Origin: a virus
Taxonomy: Duplodnaviria; Caudoviricetes
Strand: one strand, 5' to 3'
Length of the DNA stretch: 39,762 nt
Virus record (IMG/VR): IMGVR_UViG_3300037047_000003
Span: 1 to 39,762 of that record
The stretch's first letter is position 1. The number at the start of each line of letters is the position of its first letter. Positions 9,537-18,226 of the stretch are shown in pieces. The notes under the pieces were generated by a model. That model did no database searches. It worked only from the letters and a program-made list of their open reading frames with translations, and had not been told where the DNA came from. The position numbers and the translations under genes were made by a program.

Positions 9537-9859
9537 CGCTGAACCTCCATCCATAGCTGCACCGTGTTGTCGTACTCAGCCGCCTCGATCACGTTGTAAT
9601 AGACGCCTGCGACGAGCGCCCTGTATAGGTCCCAGTTGTTCGGGATGCTCGGCGCGTCGGTCGCCGGGAACACCAGCAGGTACGGCGCGGCCATGATCTC
9701 GCCCGCGCCGCCCTGCCGCCATGTCACGCGCTTCGAGTGCCGGAGCGTGCCAGTCCCGCTCCAGTAGGTCGCCCATGAGACGGTCTGCCCGCCGGTCGCG
9801 TTCGGCGTCGCTGTGCCGACCTGAATGACGACGCTCTGCGCGCCGGTGGTGGTCGCCAC
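9533..9859 (-). CDS. Head closure/stopper protein (SPP1 gp16-like)
   Basis: TPNATGGQTVSWAT and GVYYNVIEA patterns; about 108 aa; synteny after the adaptor gene. Confidence 0.75.
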   Translation of the reverse strand: MATTTGAQSVVIQVGTATPNATGGQTVSWATYWSGTGTLRHSKRVTWRQGGAGEIMAAPYLLVFPATDAPSIPNNWDLYRALVAGVYYNVIEAAEYDNTVQLWMEVQR

Positions 9860-9860
9860 G

Positions 9861-10514
9861 TTACCGGACCACCAGCCGCTTGAACTGCATCACGCCGGAG
9901 CGCGCCCGCCGGTTCCACGTCTCGATCAGTGCGCCCGCGCCGTACTCGTAGGTCACGTCGCCCTCGGTAAGTTTCGTCAGCCCGCCGGACGACAGCATCG
10001 CCTGCACCTGCGGAGCGACCTCCAGCGCCGCGAGGTACAGCACCGTCTGGTAAGCCGCCTCGGGGATGGCGGCGTTCGCGCAGAAGCCAAACTTGCCCAC
10101 AACGACGATGCTTCGAGGGAGCCCGTGCTGCACCGCGCCGAACCGGATGTAGTTGGCCGCCCTGCCCTCAACGATGGCGTTGAGCGGCATGAGCCAGTAG
10201 TCCTCGTTGACCGTCAGCGCCGTCCCTGTGCTCGTCGGCGAGTACCCGACCGTCAGGCTCGTCAACGCAGCCGCCACGCCGCCTTCGAGGTCCAGTACGT
10301 CGGTCCTGTCCGGCGTGTAGTACAGCGTCGCGTCCGCCGCCGCCGCCATGAACGGATGGTATCCCGTCTGGTCCTCGAACCGCTCCAGCGCCGCATCTGC
10401 CGCCCCGTCGTAGTCAATGAGGAGCGCGTCGCCCGCCGGTGGGCTCGCCACGATGTTCGCGCCCGCCAGGAAGTCACGGAGCGCGGTCCCCGTCGGCCAT
10501 GCAGCCCTGCTCAT
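9861..10514 (-). CDS. Head-tail adaptor/connector (gp6/gp15-like)
   Basis: AADAALERFEDQTG, SIVVVGKFGF..AIPEAAYQTVL and EGDVTYEY patterns; synteny. Confidence 0.75.
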   Translation of the reverse strand: MSRAAWPTGTALRDFLAGANIVASPPAGDALLIDYDGAADAALERFEDQTGYHPFMAAAADATLYYTPDRTDVLDLEGGVAAALTSLTVGYSPTSTGTALTVNEDYWLMPLNAIVEGRAANYIRFGAVQHGLPRSIVVVGKFGFCANAAIPEAAYQTVLYLAALEVAPQVQAMLSSGGLTKLTEGDVTYEYGAGALIETWNRRARSGVMQFKRLVVR

Positions 10515-10711
10515 TTGGTCGCCGCCTTCTGCGCCGGCGGTGCGAACCGTCGCTTGGTGAACGCGGCCAGGTTGATATGCTTCGTCTCAGCCGGTCGCTG
10601 CAGTGCCTTCAGGTACTCCAGCACCTCCTCGGCCTCCTGTGGCGACAGCCGGACGCCCCCGTTGGCCGGAGCCTGCCTGATCTTGCGTAGCCCGTTCGGT
10701 TCGGCTGTCAT
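10511..10711 (-). CDS. Small basic hypothetical protein (66 aa)
   Basis: ATGA coupling at both ends (MTAEPNGLRKIR...KAATK). Confidence 0.6.
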   Translation of the reverse strand: MTAEPNGLRKIRQAPANGGVRLSPQEAEEVLEYLKALQRPAETKHINLAAFTKRRFAPPAQKAATK

Positions 10712-12696
10712 CGTATCCCATCCGTCGGTTTCCCGTGCTCGTTGTACTCCTGAATGTGCTGATAGACCGGGAGCATGTCCAGCCCCGGCCACGTCACCAT
10801 GCTCTGGATGTGGCCTATCGTGACCTTGTTGGCCTGATACAGCGTCTTGCCAGCAGCATGCCACCTGTGCCAGAACGCGATGTCTTCGTCCTGTTTGCCG
10901 CTGCCGCGACTGTAGCCGCCGGTGTCCGTCTGTGGGCACTCCTCCAGCAAGTCACCGTCTTCCTCGTCGTCCGTCTGCCAGCCGATCACGGTGAACGCCG
11001 CCGCACGGATCGCCTTGTACAGCCCGGAGCCTGCAGCCTTGCAACGCGCCCACATCGCGGCGTTGTTGTCATGCCGTCCTCCATGCCACGATCCGTATTC
11101 GTCCGGGATGGCGTGGAACCACGGGCGCTCCACATCCGCAAACGCCGCGGCGCGGAACATCGTCAGCCCGAAGTGGCTCGTACCGATCTGCATGAGTTCG
11201 GCGTCCAGCGCCTCAAGTGGGATCGTGAGCAGCTTCTCGCCGCCCTTGGAACGCATCGAGAACAGCGGGTAGACGCTTGACCGCTTCATCTGCACGCTGC
11301 TGATGGCGTCGGCCTCCGGGTGCGCCTGCATGAGCCGGTACAGTTCCCGCACGTCGCGCTCGTCGAACACCGTGTCGTAGTCAATCGTGAGGATGTACTC
11401 GTATCCCTCGGCGATGGTCCGCTCGATAAGCTCCGTCAGGCATTGCCCCCAGAACACCCCCGAGGATCGGATCAGTTGGATGCCGCACGGAGCCAGCCCC
11501 GCGATACAGCAGAACAGGTTATCGGTGAAGCCGATGCGCGGGAGCGTCATGCAGGCCCGCACGGCCTTGCCTATCTCGTGCGCGTCCGTCGGCGCCTCCG
11601 GCTCCGGGCCGACCCACAGCGGGTCCAGGATGTGCTTCGACAGGTCCGCGCGGATGCTGATGAGGTTACACCCGATCTGGCACACTGGGCGGTAGTACAT
11701 GGCCCAGACGAGTTTCTCAAGCGCGTTCAGCCCGGCCTGCCACGTATCGGAACGCGACGGGGCCCGGGCGTCCTTCCGTGTCGGGTCGAACTCCACGATG
11801 ACGACCGGCGGCTTGATCTCGTTCGGGAGGCTCTGCCATATCTGGTACTCGCCGCCGTCTATGTCCAGACTGAGCACGTCCGGAAGCGGGAGCGCCTGCA
11901 ACATCTCCGTCACGTTCTCTGGCGACGCGTCAGCCAGCCGGACCTCCACGCGGTCGGCGATGCCCCCGTCAACCGCGCTCTGGTGTGCCGCACGGGCCGC
12001 CGTCTCGTCTGCGTCAATCCAGACAGCCTTGTACCCGCGCTCCTCGACGAGCGCCCGCGTGTTGCTCATGAATACGCCGTCGGAGCATCCGACCTCCACG
12101 GCGAACTTGGTCAGCACGTCCTCCGGGAGCTTGTCCAGGATGGCCGCGATGATCCCATCCTCGCCGTGCTGCGAGTACCGACTGCGGACGTGCCGCCCGA
12201 GCCAGTCGTAGGGCGTCAACGGGCCTGCGCGCCGGACGCCAACGAGGTTGAGGCTCGTCTCGAACTGCGAGGAGTCTGCCTCTCCGGTCCATCGCTCGAT
12301 GTCCGTCAGCCCAGCCTCGGTCATGGCCTTGCGGAGCGCGGCCTCGTCGAAGATCGCCTTATGGTAGTCGTGCTCGTCCACCTGCCCGCCCATCACATGC
12401 CCCTGCGCGTCAACCGGCGCGCCTTCGATGTAGCGCCGCGCGATCACGCCGAAGTCCGGAACCGCGAGGAACAGCCGACCGCCCGGCTTAAGCACGCGCG
12501 CCCACTCGCGGATGACCGGCACGGCCAGCGCCCGTCGGAAGTGCTCCAAGAGGTGACTGGCGCGCACCTCGTCGTAGGTGCCGTCCTCGATGTCCGCCAG
12601 CGGGTACGCCTCAAGCCCGTCCTTGATGTCGCGGTTGTCGTATCCCGCCAGCAGGCACTTTCCCGGCCCGAGGTTGAGTTTGCGAGCCTCGCTCAT
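10708..12696 (-). CDS. Three-domain enzyme: class I SAM methyltransferase + FkbM-like methyltransferase + GT-A (GT2-like) glycosyltransferase (662 aa)
   Basis: Domain 1: LNLGPG, ASHLLEHF, EWARVLKPGGRL..AVPD. Domain 2: YSQHGEDGII, VEVGCSDG..SNT, LSLDIDGGEY, VVIVEFD. Domain 3: YILTIDYD (DxD), HFGLTMF, RPWF, DEDIAFW, IGH. Confidence 0.85.
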   Translation of the reverse strand: MSEARKLNLGPGKCLLAGYDNRDIKDGLEAYPLADIEDGTYDEVRASHLLEHFRRALAVPVIREWARVLKPGGRLFLAVPDFGVIARRYIEGAPVDAQGHVMGGQVDEHDYHKAIFDEAALRKAMTEAGLTDIERWTGEADSSQFETSLNLVGVRRAGPLTPYDWLGRHVRSRYSQHGEDGIIAAILDKLPEDVLTKFAVEVGCSDGVFMSNTRALVEERGYKAVWIDADETAARAAHQSAVDGGIADRVEVRLADASPENVTEMLQALPLPDVLSLDIDGGEYQIWQSLPNEIKPPVVIVEFDPTRKDARAPSRSDTWQAGLNALEKLVWAMYYRPVCQIGCNLISIRADLSKHILDPLWVGPEPEAPTDAHEIGKAVRACMTLPRIGFTDNLFCCIAGLAPCGIQLIRSSGVFWGQCLTELIERTIAEGYEYILTIDYDTVFDERDVRELYRLMQAHPEADAISSVQMKRSSVYPLFSMRSKGGEKLLTIPLEALDAELMQIGTSHFGLTMFRAAAFADVERPWFHAIPDEYGSWHGGRHDNNAAMWARCKAAGSGLYKAIRAAAFTVIGWQTDDEEDGDLLEECPQTDTGGYSRGSGKQDEDIAFWHRWHAAGKTLYQANKVTIGHIQSMVTWPGLDMLPVYQHIQEYNEHGKPTDGIR

Positions 12697-12917
12697 TTAC
12701 GCCTCGCCGGGATAAACGTCCATGTGCGCGTCGGGTTTGCGCGGTGAGCCAGCGTGACGCACACGGCGTCCACGATGCACTCCCCCACCGGGCACTCCTG
12801 CCCCCCGTTCACGTCCACGAGTTCAGCGGCGCACTCCCGCGCCGTCTGCTCGGACGACCACGCCGAATGAGGCGTGCCGTAAGGTCCGACTACTACCCAC
12901 ACCGTTTGATGCGTCAT
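12693..12917 (-). CDS. Hypothetical protein (74 aa)
   Basis: SD-like AAGGGAG upstream; stop overlaps the start of the 662-aa gene. Confidence 0.55.
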   Translation of the reverse strand: MTHQTVWVVVGPYGTPHSAWSSEQTARECAAELVDVNGGQECPVGECIVDAVCVTLAHRANPTRTWTFIPARRK

Positions 12918-12950
12918 CCTACGCTCCCTTCAGCGCATAAGCCCTTCAGA

Positions 12951-13012
12951 GTGCAGGGCGGTTCGGCAACCGCGAAGGGGTCGGTGCCTGGGACTGTGCC
13001 CCCGCCCTGCAC
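12951..13012 (-). other. Intergenic branched RNA structure after the decoration gene
   Basis: Perfect 11-bp inverted repeat GTGCAGGGCGG/CCGCCCTGCAC enclosing two smaller hairpins; no U-tract. Confidence 0.55.
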
Positions 13013-13025
13013 GTTGGTCGTGTCG

Positions 13026-13487
13026 CTACCCCTGCACGACGACGCGGGCGTTCTGCGCCGTTGCGCCGTCCTTCGAGGTGATGGCCTTGGAAAGCCGGGC
13101 GATGGCGGTCCACGTCCCTGCCGTCTGTCCATTCGCCGCCGTGATGTCCAGCATCAGGTAGCGCATGCGGCCACGCAGGTCCACATCGAACACCGCGTAG
13201 GGCAGGTAAGTTGTGGCGCTCTGCGTACCCTCCATGTTGGGGATAGTGAAGCCGCCGGTTCCGCCGCCAACGAACGCCGTTATGTTGGTGTTCGTCGTGG
13301 TCGTGTCATCAGCCTCGCCGAGTGTCAGCACCGCGGGCTTGTTCGACGCCGACGCGGCAGGTGACGCGTAGATGACGATCTCAGCCCGGTTGAATCCCTT
13401 ACAGTCAAGAGCCTTGCTCTGGTGCGTCGAGTTGGCGCTGGCTGTTTCTGCCTCCAGCATCACGACGTACTTCGCGGTTTCGCGCAT
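13026..13487 (-). CDS. Capsid decoration/cement protein (153 aa)
   Basis: Immediately after the MCP with strong SD GGGAGG; ALDCKGFNRA and VDLRGRMRYL motifs; beta-rich. Confidence 0.7.
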   Translation of the reverse strand: MRETAKYVVMLEAETASANSTHQSKALDCKGFNRAEIVIYASPAASASNKPAVLTLGEADDTTTTNTNITAFVGGGTGGFTIPNMEGTQSATTYLPYAVFDVDLRGRMRYLMLDITAANGQTAGTWTAIARLSKAITSKDGATAQNARVVVQG

Positions 13488-13502
13488 GGTGTTATGCCTC
13501 CC

Positions 13503-14945
13503 TTACGCGTTCAACGCGCACAGGCCGCCGATGGGGCCGCGCACGCGCGATGCCGCCGTGGAGTTAGCGGTCCCAACGTCGTGGACGACGATGTGGAACC
13601 GCTCCGTGCCACGGATGGCGATCTGGTCTGTGCTGAACAGGAACTGGTCGGAGGTCGCGATGGTCATTTGCCGGCGGTCGCCGAACCTGACCGCCTGCTT
13701 GAAGTCACCGAAGAGGACCTGAAGCACGCTCGCGCCGTCGGCGGTCGGCATGGTCTGGGCGAGCATCACGGGGAACCCGAGGAACATCGGTCGGCGGACG
13801 CCGTTGATGATCTCGGATGCCTGAGTGCCGCCTGCGGCCAACGCCAGTCGCTGCATGACGCCGTAGAAGAACACGCGGCTTGCGATCCACACGCAGTTCG
13901 CGTCGTTGACGCTCCCTACGAGTTGGCCGGGGGCCGCGTGGAAGTCGGCAAGGGTCGCCTCGCTGATGAGGTTGCCCGTCAGGTTGTTAAGGCCGGGGTT
14001 ATACAGCCGGTGCGCGTCGGTCGTCCACGTTCCGCCCGCGCCCTCGACTGAGTCACGGAACGCACGCGGGATGCCGATCATGCCGCCGTAGGTGCTCGTG
14101 CCGTCGCCTTGGAACATGGCGAGGTCTTCCTGGTAAGCAAACGCCTGCCCGATTTCCAACGCCAGCAGGTTCCCGATGTCAACAACGCTGTCCTCTCCGA
14201 GTTCGCTGGAGTGGTAGGTCAGCGTCGCGAGTTTCTTGGCGACGAGTTGCACGTTGTCAACCGCCACGTCCGTAGCGGTCGGAGCAGTACCCTCGCCGAC
14301 GTAGTATCCGGTAAGCCCGCCGGTCCTGCGCGGGAACAGCACGGTGTCGCGAGCCATAGGCTGCATTCGGGCGATTGCCCGTGCGACGCCGTACTGCTCG
14401 ACGATGCGGATCAGGTCGGGCAGGAACACGTCGGGCACGAGGTAGCCGCCCGCCGTGTTGATGCTCTCGGTCATGGCCTTGGCGTCGGATGCTTCGATCA
14501 TGAACGGGAGTCCATGGTCCTTGCACCAGTTTGCCGCCTGTCCCTGCCCGCGATTGAGCGCCGCTTTGGCCCACATCCCGAACGCGTGCGCCTTCTGCCA
14601 GCGGTCGCCGGTGTCGTCGTCGTCGAACGCCCTGACGGGTGCGCGGCCACGATCCGGGACCTTGAGGCTCTTGAGGTCCATCGTCGCTCCGGGCACGTTC
14701 GGCTCGGGGGCCGGTTCCGGGGCCGGAGGTGAGGTCGCGGGCGTTTCGACCCACGCCTTGAGGCTCGCCTGCGCCGCCCGTGCGCTCATCAGCGCATCGT
14801 GCTGCGCCTTGAGCGCTGCCGCTTCGGCAAGGAGTGCGTTGGCCTTGGTCACGTCCTCGGTTGACGGGGATTCCGCCTTGAGGATGCCCTCGGCCTCTGC
14901 CACCTTGCCCGCGATCTGCGCGGCGAGGAGTAGCAGTCTGTCCAT
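13503..14945 (-). CDS. Major capsid protein, HK97 family (480 aa) with N-terminal coiled-coil delta domain
   Basis: AGGYLVPD, YYVGEG, KKLATL...SSEL, GDGT, FLGFPV, LFGDFK and FSTDQIAIRGTERF motifs. Confidence 0.95.
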   Translation of the reverse strand: MDRLLLLAAQIAGKVAEAEGILKAESPSTEDVTKANALLAEAAALKAQHDALMSARAAQASLKAWVETPATSPPAPEPAPEPNVPGATMDLKSLKVPDRGRAPVRAFDDDDTGDRWQKAHAFGMWAKAALNRGQGQAANWCKDHGLPFMIEASDAKAMTESINTAGGYLVPDVFLPDLIRIVEQYGVARAIARMQPMARDTVLFPRRTGGLTGYYVGEGTAPTATDVAVDNVQLVAKKLATLTYHSSELGEDSVVDIGNLLALEIGQAFAYQEDLAMFQGDGTSTYGGMIGIPRAFRDSVEGAGGTWTTDAHRLYNPGLNNLTGNLISEATLADFHAAPGQLVGSVNDANCVWIASRVFFYGVMQRLALAAGGTQASEIINGVRRPMFLGFPVMLAQTMPTADGASVLQVLFGDFKQAVRFGDRRQMTIATSDQFLFSTDQIAIRGTERFHIVVHDVGTANSTAASRVRGPIGGLCALNA

Positions 14946-14948
14946 CTG

Positions 14949-15722
14949 TTACGCTCCTGTGAGTAGGGATGCCCGGAAGCGCGCCAGCGCCAGCCTGACG
15001 GCCTGCGCCGGATCGGGTCCGGTGATTGGTGTGTCCTCGCCACCGCCTGCATCCCGCAGGAGTGTGCCAAAGCCATGCGAGGCTATGGCCTTCGCGTCCG
15101 CCCGCGACCAGCCTGCATCCCGCAGGAAGGTCTCGAACTCGCGCACGGTCGCCGGGAGCGCTGTCGCCCCCTTGACCGCTGATGCTGTGGCCTCAGAGTT
15201 CATCGGGACCGGGACCACGCTGAACTCGTACAGGTCGGCCACCGTCGTGATTGCACGACAGCCGTAGGGCCGCTTGCGTATGCCCGCCACGTCGAACAGG
15301 CTCATATCCTGCCCGTTCTCCTCGGCGTGCTTGAGGAGCCCCTTGGCGTCGGGGAACATCGTGTATCCGCCGTCGTCCAGCCCGAAGCCGACCGACAGGC
15401 CAACGCTCAGTCCCGCCGCCAAGCGCTCCGCGCACTTGGTCCTCACGGCCTGCGAGTTGGGGTCGCTGTGGAACTCGGCGTCAACGACCAGTTCCCTGCC
15501 GACTTCCTTCGCCGCGCGCGGCATTGCGATCACGTCGGCCATGTTCCAGTCATGCGTGTCGGTGACGAAGCCGCCAGCGAGGAACGCAGGGATGGCGTGC
15601 TTGAACGCGCCGGGATAGATCACGTCGCCGCCCGCGTCCATGTTGCCCATAACCGCAGCAGCCCCACGCAGGTGGTTCTCAGCGACCTCGCCGGTCAGCC
15701 GAAACGCCTTGAGTTCGCGCAT
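14949..15722 (-). CDS. HK97-family prohead maturation protease
   Basis: GAAAVMGNMDAGGDVIYPGAF, catalytic His (DTHDW), GLSVGF serine motif, LYEFSVVPVPMN, VREFETFLRDAG. Confidence 0.93.
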   Translation of the reverse strand: MRELKAFRLTGEVAENHLRGAAAVMGNMDAGGDVIYPGAFKHAIPAFLAGGFVTDTHDWNMADVIAMPRAAKEVGRELVVDAEFHSDPNSQAVRTKCAERLAAGLSVGLSVGFGLDDGGYTMFPDAKGLLKHAEENGQDMSLFDVAGIRKRPYGCRAITTVADLYEFSVVPVPMNSEATASAVKGATALPATVREFETFLRDAGWSRADAKAIASHGFGTLLRDAGGGEDTPITGPDPAQAVRLALARFRASLLTGA

Positions 15723-16777
15723 TAGCTCTTGCCTCCTGTCATAAACGCCTGCGCCGCCACGTCGCCCTGATCGGCATACCGCTGTATCTCGGCGTCCGTG
15801 ATGCCGCCAAGGTCCGGGACCTGCCCCGCCGTCAGCGTCCTCGACTCCGGGTCAATCTCAAGCACGGTGGTCGTGAAGCACAGCCCGTTCGGGTGGTCAC
15901 TTGGCAGTCTCGCCATACTGGAATAGACGCCGGGGCCATGCCCTTCGTCATGCAAGGCCCAGACATCGCATATATCGGGCACTGGATGGCTTGTGCTCAG
16001 TTGCCACTTCACGCCCTGCACGCCCTCGCGCAGTTGGCCGTTCGTGGGGTCCACCAGCGACCGCGCGTGCGCCTCTGTGTAGGCGTGCGCCAGTTCTGTC
16101 CGGGCGATCCTTGCGGCCCTGTACGCGGCGTCTGTGGTCTTGGACAGCGGCCCCGCAACGAGCCTATCCATCGTCTGCTCGACCGACAGCCCCTCGACCA
16201 GCGACTGCATGAGCGTGTCGGCCACGCCGGTTCGGAACGCCTTGTCAACGCCATACAGCCGGTCGGAGAGCCGCAGCCCGTCGCCGTAGTACCGCGCCGC
16301 CAACGCCTCGACAGCATCGTGCGCCACGCGCCCGTACTGGACGGCGCTCGTTGTGCCGTCGGGGTTCGGGAACGTCTCGGTCATCTCCGCGTGGACCAGC
16401 GGGTCGTTCGTGCCGAGCGGCCCTGTAAGCTCCTGCACGCGCCGCTCACGGGCCGCAGCCGCCTGTGCGAGCTCCAACATGCTGCCGCGCAGTCGCTCCG
16501 CGTAGATGGTGTGGAACTGCCCAAGGGCCTGCTCGATCTCGCGCAGGATCATTCGCATGTACTCCTGCTCCATGCGCGTGTCGGAGTCGCCGATCATGTG
16601 GCCCGACATACCAAGCAGACGCGCCGCGATGCTCTCGGCTGCGGCGTTGTAGGTCCGCGCCAGCCGGTTAACGTTGGTCGCTGTGAGGCGCAGTTGCCGG
16701 GTCCGCGCCCGCATGATCGTCTCGCGGTAGGTTGGCTGAGTATTTGGCTCGCGCTTCTTACGACTGGTCGTCGTCAT
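15722..16777 (-). CDS. MuF/SPP1 gp7-like minor head protein (~351 aa)
   Basis: LRLSDRL, AARIARTELAHAY, KWQLSTSH..DICD and PSDHPNGLC motifs; lies after portal. No C-terminal toxin extension seen. Confidence 0.8.
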   Translation of the reverse strand: MTTTSRKKREPNTQPTYRETIMRARTRQLRLTATNVNRLARTYNAAAESIAARLLGMSGHMIGDSDTRMEQEYMRMILREIEQALGQFHTIYAERLRGSMLELAQAAAARERRVQELTGPLGTNDPLVHAEMTETFPNPDGTTSAVQYGRVAHDAVEALAARYYGDGLRLSDRLYGVDKAFRTGVADTLMQSLVEGLSVEQTMDRLVAGPLSKTTDAAYRAARIARTELAHAYTEAHARSLVDPTNGQLREGVQGVKWQLSTSHPVPDICDVWALHDEGHGPGVYSSMARLPSDHPNGLCFTTTVLEIDPESRTLTAGQVPDLGGITDAEIQRYADQGDVAAQAFMTGGKS

Positions 16778-18224
16778 CTGCGCCCTCTTGGGCCACCAGC
16801 GTCGCAAGCTCGGCCATGACGCGTTCAGTCCATGGCGACGGCTCGGGGGCGGGTTCGAGCGCCTTCTGTGCGCCTGGTGGCGGTGCGCCCGGAGCCGGTT
16901 CGTTCGGCTCGGGCTTCTCCGGAGCGTTGGCCGTCCGCGCCTCCTCAAGCTCTATCTGCCGGTCCATCTGATCGGATGCGATCTGTGCCTTCACCTCGTC
17001 AACGTACACATCGTCCTCCGGGGTCGCGTCCTTGCCCGTCTCGGTGCGCGCCTCTGACCGCATCCATATCCCCGCCACGTAGTTCTGGCGCGCCCGTGTG
17101 TCGCGCTGGAGCACGTCCTCCTGCATCGCCGCGATCTCGCTCACGTCGAACCGGACGTGCTGCCCCTGCGCGGGCTTGAACTCCGGGAGCAGTTGCGCGT
17201 CGAGCCCGTCCTCGATGGTCGCCATGAGCGGGAGTACAGCGTTCTCCCACGCCGAGCGCCGCGCCTCCTGTGCGTTCGAGTAGGTGCGTTGGCTGTCCGG
17301 CAGGCCCACGGCCATAGCGGACAGGCCCATCGCCGCCAGGATGCGCGAGGTCGCCTGCTCCGTCAGGTCGGCTAGCGCGAGGTCGCTCGGGGTAAGCGCC
17401 GGCGTGTCAATCCGCGCCGGGAAGTTCAGGATCACGGGTTTCCCGCGCTCATCGCCGGTCGTGCGCCTCTGGATCAGTTCGACGAGCTTCTGGCTCTCGT
17501 CGGTGAACTCCACGTCGTTGTCAGCGGGCGACAGGAGCATCGAGGGCACGCCCATGTTGGTCAGGATGGAGGCCACGAACGTGATGGCCTCGTTGTCGGT
17601 CGCGATCTCCCGCAGGAGCGCCCGGAGCGGTGATAGGCCCTTGCGCGGGTTCCCGAGGTCCATCCCGTAGCGCAGGTGCACGACTTCCGACAGCGGGATC
17701 GTCTCGACCTGCCCGTTACCGTGCCGATACTCGTAGTGGTCCACGAGCTTCTTGTTGGCCTTGTCGCTCACGGGCTCGACGCGCCAATGCTGGAGCCAAT
17801 GAAGCTCAACCGGCGCGATCAGGGAGCCTGCCCTGCCCCGGACCTTGGCGAGGTATGCGTTACCGTCGCACAGCAGGGACGCGACGACGCCCGCAGTAAG
17901 GGCCGCGCCTGAGTACGCCGGGTTCGGCGTGTTCCACAGCACGGCCAGCGGATGCTCCGGGTCCATCTCGTCGCCGTCTCCAGTCGATGACGCCACGGAG
18001 AGGGTCGCTTCGGGGAACGACTGCGCGATCCAGTTGATGCCGATATAGGCGGCGCTGTTGCTCCACGGCTGTCCGACGCGCGCAGCCCAATCGAACTTCG
18101 AGCCCGGCAAGATCACGCGGGTCCCGCTGCCGCTGCCGGAGACGCGCCAATGGCTCTCGTCCGCGTATGCCATGTCGCCGATGCCCTTGCTCGCCCGAGG
18201 CCGCAGCCACTTGAGGAGGTCCAT
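16758..18224 (-). CDS. Portal protein, HK97 family (488 aa)
   Basis: HPLAVLWNTPN, LLCDGNAY, EVVHLR, GLSPLRAL, TYSNAQEA and RSEAR motifs. Confidence 0.95.
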   Translation of the reverse strand: MDLLKWLRPRASKGIGDMAYADESHWRVSGSGSGTRVILPGSKFDWAARVGQPWSNSAAYIGINWIAQSFPEATLSVASSTGDGDEMDPEHPLAVLWNTPNPAYSGAALTAGVVASLLCDGNAYLAKVRGRAGSLIAPVELHWLQHWRVEPVSDKANKKLVDHYEYRHGNGQVETIPLSEVVHLRYGMDLGNPRKGLSPLRALLREIATDNEAITFVASILTNMGVPSMLLSPADNDVEFTDESQKLVELIQRRTTGDERGKPVILNFPARIDTPALTPSDLALADLTEQATSRILAAMGLSAMAVGLPDSQRTYSNAQEARRSAWENAVLPLMATIEDGLDAQLLPEFKPAQGQHVRFDVSEIAAMQEDVLQRDTRARQNYVAGIWMRSEARTETGKDATPEDDVYVDEVKAQIASDQMDRQIELEEARTANAPEKPEPNEPAPGAPPPGAQKALEPAPEPSPWTERVMAELATLVAQEGADDDDQS

Positions 18225-18226
18225 GG

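Noticed and set aside
11320-12747. Long plus-strand ORFs (also 9825-10823, 27228-28505, 30011-31330, 32820-34133, 37395-38525)
   Set aside because: They are antisense shadows of well-supported minus-strand genes, expected at high GC, and carry no recognisable motifs.
15045-15127. 17-bp direct repeat GCCTGCATCCCGCAGGA as an att site or CRISPR-like repeat
   Set aside because: Only two copies, both encoding LRDAG in the protease C-terminus; no integrase or cas genes.
15722-16948. MuF-toxin fusion, or the longer 408-aa start
   Set aside because: The C-terminus after the HPN motif is short with no toxin motif, and the upstream extension overlaps the portal gene in an Arg-rich shadow frame.
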